Positions 58,593 through 64,000 of a stretch of 64,000 nt of DNA are shown here, one piece after another. Position 1 is the first letter of the stretch; every line of letters begins with the position of its first letter. The position numbers and the translations under genes are program-made. The stretch comes from Oscillospiraceae bacterium (GTDB taxonomy: Bacteria > Bacillota > Clostridia > Oscillospirales > Ruminococcaceae). A model generated the notes under the pieces. It searched no databases, was not told where the DNA came from, and saw only the letters and a list, made by a program, of their open reading frames with translations. Location of the stretch: positions 1 to 64,000 of the forward strand of contig JAZUJW010000034.1 of the NCBI GenBank assembly GCA_045642925.1, written 5' to 3'.

Positions 58593-59366
58593 TCAGGACG
58601 AACGCAGAAGATACAGCGGATGTTTCTGCTTCAAGACAAATCCCTGCGACAAGGCAAGCCGCATAGATGCTTCATTTTGTGTATGGCATTGCCAGCAGGG
58701 TGTTTGTCCGCGCCGCAGTATTTCGGCAATCATACGCGCAACAACACGTTTGCCGCAGCCCATGCCGCGAAATTGTTCCGCAGTTTCTACGCCAATGTCC
58801 ACTTCCTGATGAGAAATGCCCGCAGAAAACGCACAGGCGGCAAATTCCCCCGCATGAAACAGACAGAATCCGAAGCCGTTCTGCAAAAACTGCGCCTTGG
58901 AATCCCATGAAAAGGACGGAACAATGCGCCCTTTGATGTGTTCGTAATTTTCAGTATCCATCGGAACGATTTCTGTATCCGCAAGACTTTTTTTTGTATC
59001 TGCGCCGACAAATGCAAACTGATACTGTTCTGCTTTCTGAATCGTACCGTCTGACAGCAGAAATGCTTCCATCGCAGTGTTGCATTCTGCTTCCAGTGCG
59101 AGTCTGCCGCTATGTGCCCGACAAGCTTCGGGATTTTTCATCACGCAGACGATTTCGCCAAGAAATTCTTTGCTGATTTCTCCAACAGGAAAGCCGAAAC
59201 CGCAGGCGTGCCAGAACAGATAAGCCCGCGGATGTTCTGCACAGTCCGCAAAAATCTCACCTGACTGCAACCCTTCTGCAATCGAAAACGGGTAGACCTT
59301 GTCCAGCGTTGTATGTGCAGCAGCAGCCGCCGCACGGGAATATTCGGATGGTGACAGTAAATACAC
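58593..59366 (-). CDS. GNAT-fold acetyltransferase-like protein (N-terminal unknown domain plus C-terminal GNAT)
   Basis: C-terminal acetyl-CoA-binding-like motif (VETAEQFRGMGCGKRVVARMIAEI). GTG start behind the RBS aaggaggg. Confidence 0.5.
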   Translation of the reverse strand: MYLLSPSEYSRAAAAAAHTTLDKVYPFSIAEGLQSGEIFADCAEHPRAYLFWHACGFGFPVGEISKEFLGEIVCVMKNPEACRAHSGRLALEAECNTAMEAFLLSDGTIQKAEQYQFAFVGADTKKSLADTEIVPMDTENYEHIKGRIVPSFSWDSKAQFLQNGFGFCLFHAGEFAACAFSAGISHQEVDIGVETAEQFRGMGCGKRVVARMIAEILRRGQTPCWQCHTQNEASMRLALSQGFVLKQKHPLYLLRSS

Positions 59367-59381
59367 GCCTTTCCCTCCTTT

Positions 59382-60110
59382 TTACGAATACCCAAAGAGC
59401 CGTACCCGCAGAAGCCAGAGAATCAGAAATTGTGCAGGATAAATCAGATAGAACGTATATTTTGCAATATTACCATGGATAAACCCACGCTTGCCGTTAT
59501 AAAGACAGATGGGAAGAAATGCAGATAGGGCGGCATGAGATGACGGAATCACACTGCTGACGACAAACCGCAGAAGCGGTGTACTGCGAAGGGCATAGAG
59601 CGCTAAAATCAGAATGTAGCCACGAATTCCATAGTCTGCTTTCAGCAAGACCGCAGCCGCCATACCGCCCAACAGCACGACTGCCTGCATCCGCGGATGC
59701 TCCCGATATTTTTCATACAGGCAGATACAAAGATAGCCGAGAAAAAGCGTAAAAAAGACGTTCTGCCGTTCAAAATGCCACGAATTACAGTGTACCAGAT
59801 TCCATGGCAATTCCGAAAGCAACGCAAACAGCAAAAGCTGAATACCGTATTTTTTACGATTTCGCGTATAAACAACACCCTCTGTCAAAAGAAAACAGTA
59901 CAGCGGAAATGCCATCCGTCCAATCAGGCGCATGACGCTGTACACACTGACAGAAAAGCCAAGCACCGTAAAAAACGGTGCGGTACATGATTCGATACTG
60001 ACCAGAAGAAATGCCGCGGTATGGTCAATCAGCATGGAACAAAGTGCGAGCATTTTCAGGGTACTGCCGCTGAAAATCCGCCATTTTTCGGGAATACAAG
60101 AAGCAGACAT
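59382..60110 (-). CDS. TraX-family membrane protein
   Basis: Polytopic membrane protein with a TraX-like N-terminal motif (LKMLALCSMLIDHTAAFL). The start was set at ATG 60110 behind the RBS ggagga. Confidence 0.65.
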   Translation of the reverse strand: MSASCIPEKWRIFSGSTLKMLALCSMLIDHTAAFLLVSIESCTAPFFTVLGFSVSVYSVMRLIGRMAFPLYCFLLTEGVVYTRNRKKYGIQLLLFALLSELPWNLVHCNSWHFERQNVFFTLFLGYLCICLYEKYREHPRMQAVVLLGGMAAAVLLKADYGIRGYILILALYALRSTPLLRFVVSSVIPSSHAALSAFLPICLYNGKRGFIHGNIAKYTFYLIYPAQFLILWLLRVRLFGYS

Positions 60111-60261
60111 AAGAATCCTCCAAGAAAACATACTGTGTATAAATATATTAGCATATTTTCCCATAAAAATCAACAGAACATGATTTTGCAAAAAATAAAA
60201 ATAATTGCAGAAACCACTTGACTTTTCCTACGGATTTATGGTATAATAGATTTCGCAATAT

Positions 60262-60352
60262 GGAGATGTATCGAAGTGGTCATAACGAGAACGACTCGAA
60301 ATCGTTTGGGCGGTAAAACGTCCCGTGGGTTCGAATCCCACCATCTCCGCCA
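60262..60352 (+). tRNA. tRNA-Ser (anticodon CGA), with encoded CCA
   Basis: Hand-folded: acceptor stem GGAGATG/CATCTCC, anticodon stem AACGA/TCGTT with loop CTCGAAA, long variable arm, T-loop GGTTCGAATCC, and a 3' GCCA. Confidence 0.85.
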
Positions 60353-60392
60353 AAAAAGTCCCTCATGCACAGGCATGGGGGACTTTTTCATA
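60353..60392 (+). terminator. Rho-independent terminator after tRNA-Ser (aaaagtccctcatg...catgggggacttttt)
   Basis: Imperfect 10-bp stem followed by T5. Confidence 0.6.
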
Positions 60393-60408
60393 TTCGCTTT
60401 TCGTGCAT

Positions 60409-61269
60409 TCAGGGAAAAGTTTCCTGCTTTCCACATTTCCCGCACCACCTGCATCCATTGCACTGCCCATTCCGTTCACAATCCCGACAACGCGGCTGCA
60501 TCGGTTTTTTTGTGTCCGCAGACGGAATCTGCATCCCTGACCGCTGTGCCTGTACCTGATGATACGCTTTGCAAATCCGATAGAGTTTCCCATCCTTGCG
60601 AAAATAATTTCCCGTTCCGATAAAATCAAACAGGACGCCCGCCGCAAGACATTCCTCATACAACGCCGTGATCCATTCAAAATCCAGCACGCGGTCACCA
60701 TCGTAATTTTCACCGTCGGCAAGTACCTTCCGTATCTGCCCCGTTTCCAGATACTTCGCCAGCGTAATTCGCTCCAGCATCGGCGCACACATAATGTGCT
60801 TTTCCCGAAACGGCAGCGAAAGCAAAATCGGCACACGCTCATCCGCACGTTTTTGATTTTCCGCAGAAACACATAGACTCACATGGTCATATGCACTGCC
60901 CCAGTCCGCAGGAAGTGCCGCCGCAACCCGTTCCGCACGCTTCGTTTGCAGCCAGAACCGTAAATCCTGCCGCTGCCGCATCAATGCCCATGCCTCTGCC
61001 CGCCATGCATCCGCTTCCTCCAGAAAAAAATCACTCGTCAGACAAACATGAACCTGACTGCCTGATGGGATCTTATACTCCCCTGTCCGCGATTTCTTCA
61101 GCGGAAAATTGAAATTCGTTTTGGTACGGTAAATATCACCGCCGTTGCGTCCACGCTGCGCATCCAGATAAAACATATAGCAATGTTGACAGCCCTCACT
61201 GTATTTGCGGCAGCCGTGCCACGGATTCCAGATGTATTCCAGCATTTCAGCACCCCATTTCACAAGCAT
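60409..61269 (-). CDS. DUF5131 / phage Gp37-Gp68-family protein
   Basis: Family signature YIWNPWHGCRKYSEGCQHCYM, compared with the consensus [26 protein letters not shown]. C-terminal Cys cluster (CRDCERNGQCNGCRWCGKCGK). The start is uncertain: 61269 or 61245. Confidence 0.6.
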   Translation of the reverse strand: MLVKWGAEMLEYIWNPWHGCRKYSEGCQHCYMFYLDAQRGRNGGDIYRTKTNFNFPLKKSRTGEYKIPSGSQVHVCLTSDFFLEEADAWRAEAWALMRQRQDLRFWLQTKRAERVAAALPADWGSAYDHVSLCVSAENQKRADERVPILLSLPFREKHIMCAPMLERITLAKYLETGQIRKVLADGENYDGDRVLDFEWITALYEECLAAGVLFDFIGTGNYFRKDGKLYRICKAYHQVQAQRSGMQIPSADTKKPMQPRCRDCERNGQCNGCRWCGKCGKQETFP

Positions 61270-61306
61270 TTTTGTAATATCATTATACTGCGGGTTCGGC
61301 GCTTTG

Positions 61307-61852
61307 TCAATCCGCTTTTTTCTTTTCCATACGATACTGCTGTTCCCATTCTTCACGCGAAATCGCATATACTGCCGTCATTTCGTGTTCGGCATCCTCA
61401 AATGTTTCCACAAATGTCATGCCGATCCTCTGTGCGGTCTTTGCTGATGGTACATTTTCCTGTTTCATGTACGAAAACAGACGCAGGAACGGCGTATTTT
61501 CAAATGTCCAGTCACGGCAGAATGCGGCGGCTTCCTTCGCATATCCCTGCCGCTGATACGCTTTTGCAATGTGATAGCCGATTTCAGGCTTGATAATACC
61601 GTTAATATTTTGCATCGTCAGACCGCAGTCGCCAATCAGTTTTCCCGTGTCGGCAAGCGTGACCGCCCAAAGTCCGAAACCGAATGTGGCATAACGCTCC
61701 TGATTCGCAGTGATCCATCGGCGGACACGCGATTCGTCAAATACATACGGATAATACCGCATGATGTCGGAATCTCCCAAAACTGCGAAAAGCGCAGAAA
61801 AATCGTCTGCGGTCATTTCCCGCAGAAAAAGCCTCTTTGTAAATTGATTCAT
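61307..61852 (-). CDS. GNAT-family N-acetyltransferase (RimL-like)
   Basis: 181 aa with GNAT motifs (LWAVTLADTGKLIGDCGL; AYQRQGYAKEAAAAFCRDWTFE). The start was set at ATG 61852 behind the RBS ggagaaagg. Confidence 0.75.
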   Translation of the reverse strand: MNQFTKRLFLREMTADDFSALFAVLGDSDIMRYYPYVFDESRVRRWITANQERYATFGFGLWAVTLADTGKLIGDCGLTMQNINGIIKPEIGYHIAKAYQRQGYAKEAAAFCRDWTFENTPFLRLFSYMKQENVPSAKTAQRIGMTFVETFEDAEHEMTAVYAISREEWEQQYRMEKKKAD

Positions 61853-61999
61853 GATATTTCCTTTCTCCATATTACTTACAAAGTCCACTTGTAAATTGGC
61901 ACATTGTTTGTGCAAAAGATGTGTGGACAATCAGACGTAAAATATGATATACTGATTTTGTATTTTCTTTCGATTCTATACAGAAATGAGGACATCCAT

Positions 62000-63058
62000 A
62001 TGTATCAATACAATTATGCGTTTGAATTTGTCCGCTCCATTCAAGCGGGCTGGAATCTCGGCAATACGTTCGACTGCGTGGCGCATCCGGAACAACTCCG
62101 CGCCGGCAAACAGCCGGAAGTATTTGAGTCCGCATGGGGCAACATTCCCGTCAACCGCGGACAACTGGAAGCGATTCGTGATGCAGGCTTCAACGCCCTG
62201 CGCATTCCGGTCACATGGTTTCAGCATATTGGTGAAGCGCCCGATTACCGCATCGACGAAGACTGGATGATTCGCATTGATTCTGTTGTCAGAGAGGCGT
62301 TTTCGCTTGGTTTTCGCGTCATCGTGAATGTACATCACGATGGCACAGACCGCGGTATTCTGCACCTGCAAGCAGACGAACTTGACCGTTCGGAGGAGAT
62401 TCTCTGTAAAATCTGGGCACAAATCGCGGCATATTTTTCGGAGCTTGGCGAATCGCTGGTTTTTGAAGTCATGAATGAACCGCACGTTGCCAAAGATTTC
62501 ACAGGCAATGCGGAATACTATGCGGCAGTGAACCGTTTGAATGCGGCGGCAGTACGGACAATTCGTGCGGCAGGCGGCTGTAACGGCTATCGTTATCTGA
62601 TGCTGCCGACCTATGCGGCAACCTACAAGAAATCGGCACTGGATGCATTTGAATTGCCGGATGACGACAGACTCATCGTTTCAATTCATCCGTATGTACC
62701 GACAGAATTTTGTTTTGCAGCAAACGAAGTGCATTGGGCAGAACCGCAGGAAACATGGGGCAGCAAAGAGGACATTGACAAGCTGCTGGATATGTTCCGT
62801 CAATTGGAAAAGCGGTTTGTATCGAAGGGCATTCCGGTGATTCTCGGAGAGATGGCGGCAGTTGAAAAAGCAGACAGCCGCAGCAGAATGTTATGGCTTG
62901 CAGTGTATGCAAGAGAAGCGGCTGCGAGATGTATGCCGTGTTTCTGGTGGGATAACGGACAAATCGGTGCGGAGTGCATGGGAATTTTTGACCGTCGGAC
63001 ACTGCAATTCCCCTGCCCTGAACTGGTGTCGATTCTCACAGGCAAACGTGTAGACTAA
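62000..63058 (+). CDS. Glycoside hydrolase family 5 (cellulase-superfamily) enzyme, cytoplasmic (no signal peptide)
   Basis: GH5 signatures: WNLGNTFD, RIPVTWFQHIG, and the catalytic acid/base motif VFEVMNEPH. The start was set at ATG 62000 behind the RBS gagga. Confidence 0.8.
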   Translation: MYQYNYAFEFVRSIQAGWNLGNTFDCVAHPEQLRAGKQPEVFESAWGNIPVNRGQLEAIRDAGFNALRIPVTWFQHIGEAPDYRIDEDWMIRIDSVVREAFSLGFRVIVNVHHDGTDRGILHLQADELDRSEEILCKIWAQIAAYFSELGESLVFEVMNEPHVAKDFTGNAEYYAAVNRLNAAAVRTIRAAGGCNGYRYLMLPTYAATYKKSALDAFELPDDDRLIVSIHPYVPTEFCFAANEVHWAEPQETWGSKEDIDKLLDMFRQLEKRFVSKGIPVILGEMAAVEKADSRSRMLWLAVYAREAAARCMPCFWWDNGQIGAECMGIFDRRTLQFPCPELVSILTGKRVD

Positions 63059-63115
63059 TGAAACGGCATCACAAGCGGCTTATTGAAATTTCCTTGACAT
63101 TTACGGAGGTGCAGC

Positions 63116-64000
63116 ATGGCACTGGATGGCGCATTTCTTTATTGTATCCAATCTGAATTGCAGCCGCTGATCGGCAACCGCATTGATAAAATATATCAGC
63201 CCACACGCGATAGTCTGGTACTATCCTTTCGCGGAAAAGGCGGCGCAGTACGTGTTCTGTTTTCGGCTTCTGCGGACGCTGCCCGCGTCCACATCACCAA
63301 GGAAGCTGTGGAAAACCCGCCGCAGCCACCCATGTTTTGTATGCTTCTGCGCAAGCACATCAGCGGCGGAAAGCTCGAAGCAATCGAACAGGACGGTCTT
63401 GAGCGCATTCTTCGCCTGAAACTGCGCTGCAATAATGAACTCGGTGACAGCATCATACTGACGCTTGTCACGGAAATCATGGGACGCTGTTCAAATATCA
63501 TTCTGGTGAACGAAAATAACCGCATCATCGACAGTATCCGGCGTGTTGATGAAGATATTTCGCGTGTACGTCTGGTACTTCCTGCGATGGATTATCAGTG
63601 TCCCCCGCGAGAAGAACGCATCTGCATTCTTTCCGCATCACAAGACGAAATTCGAACAGCGCTCTGCAATGCACCCGCCGCACCGCTGGTCAAATCTCTG
63701 ATTCGAATGTTTGAGGGCATTTCCCCCATCATCGCCCGTGAATGGGAATTCTATGCAGGACGCGGCGAAACGCTTTCTCTGCCGCTTGCAGACGCGCATC
63801 TCGACCGCTTGCTGTTCGCCATTGCACAGACACGCGATATGCTGCTGAACGGCACTGCAAAATTCACCGCACTGCGTACCAAAGAGGGGCAGTGGAAAGA
63901 TTTTGCGTTCTGTCACATTGCGCAGTATGGTGCGGTACTGATTTCCACAGAATACCCGACCGCCAGCGAAACACTCGATGCATTTTTCTCACAGCGCGAC
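63116..64000 (+). CDS. rqcH: Rqc2/RqcH homologue (NFACT-domain, fibronectin-binding FbpA-like), partial; it runs off the window end
   Basis: NFACT-N signature (MALDGAFLYCIQSELQPLIGNRIDKIYQP...LVLSFRGKGG). The RBS ggaggtg is present. No stop codon before position 64000. Confidence 0.75.
   Translation, partial: MALDGAFLYCIQSELQPLIGNRIDKIYQPTRDSLVLSFRGKGGAVRVLFSASADAARVHITKEAVENPPQPPMFCMLLRKHISGGKLEAIEQDGLERILRLKLRCNNELGDSIILTLVTEIMGRCSNIILVNENNRIIDSIRRVDEDISRVRLVLPAMDYQCPPREERICILSASQDEIRTALCNAPAAPLVKSLIRMFEGISPIIAREWEFYAGRGETLSLPLADAHLDRLLFAIAQTRDMLLNGTAKFTALRTKEGQWKDFAFCHIAQYGAVLISTEYPTASETLDAFFSQRD

Noticed and set aside
1-64000. CRISPR arrays, rRNA genes, integrases/transposases, toxin-antitoxin or known defence-system hallmarks
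   Set aside because: I searched by eye for spaced direct repeats, rRNA-like conserved stretches, DDE or tyrosine-recombinase motifs and defence-associated nuclease or NTPase motifs. None were found. The only repeats are the palindromic family reported above, which lacks the regular repeat-spacer periodicity of CRISPR.

Overview
This 64 kb window looks like chromosome from a cellulolytic Ruminococcus-type Clostridium. The call rests on about 55% GC, AGGAGG-type ribosome-binding sites and several type-I-dockerin cellulosomal proteins. Organism assignment is inference only.

The window is largely housekeeping and metabolic backbone:
- a sugar ABC transporter cluster with an embedded GH105/GH88 hydrolase
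- mazG, hup and a yabO-like S4 gene
- trpS and a MOP-family flippase
- a six-gene polyamine operon: speA, speE, CASDH, nspC, aguA, aguB
- an ABC-F ATPase and a ClpE-like AAA+ chaperone
- truA, ecfT, ecfA2, ecfA1
- ruvC, ruvA and ruvB, interrupted by inserted genes
- a SAM-I riboswitch upstream of metK
- tRNA-Ala(GGC) and tRNA-Ser(CGA)

Four accessory, cellulosome-linked loci are interleaved with this backbone:
1. Two paralogous secreted proteins with a unique CHAP-like domain, a central dockerin and a BspA-type LRR architecture. One of them appears to have lost the catalytic His.
2. A 2,342-aa subtilisin (S8)-LRR-dockerin giant protein.
3. A GH9-CBM3-like-dockerin cellulase.
4. A signal-peptide-less GH5.

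All the dockerin-protein genes checked (both paralogues, the giant protease, GH9) sit behind sigma-A promoters at or within one base of the TTGACA-N17-TATAAT consensus; the signal-peptide-less GH5 was not examined.

The most distinctive sequence-level signal is a repeat family of about 150-320 bp, present in at least 5 copies. It is a modular, nested-palindromic, MITE/REP-like element that sits almost exclusively between convergent gene ends. One of its hairpin modules is reused in an ordinary rho-independent terminator elsewhere in the window.

No CRISPR array, rRNA, integrase or clear defence-system hallmark was seen.
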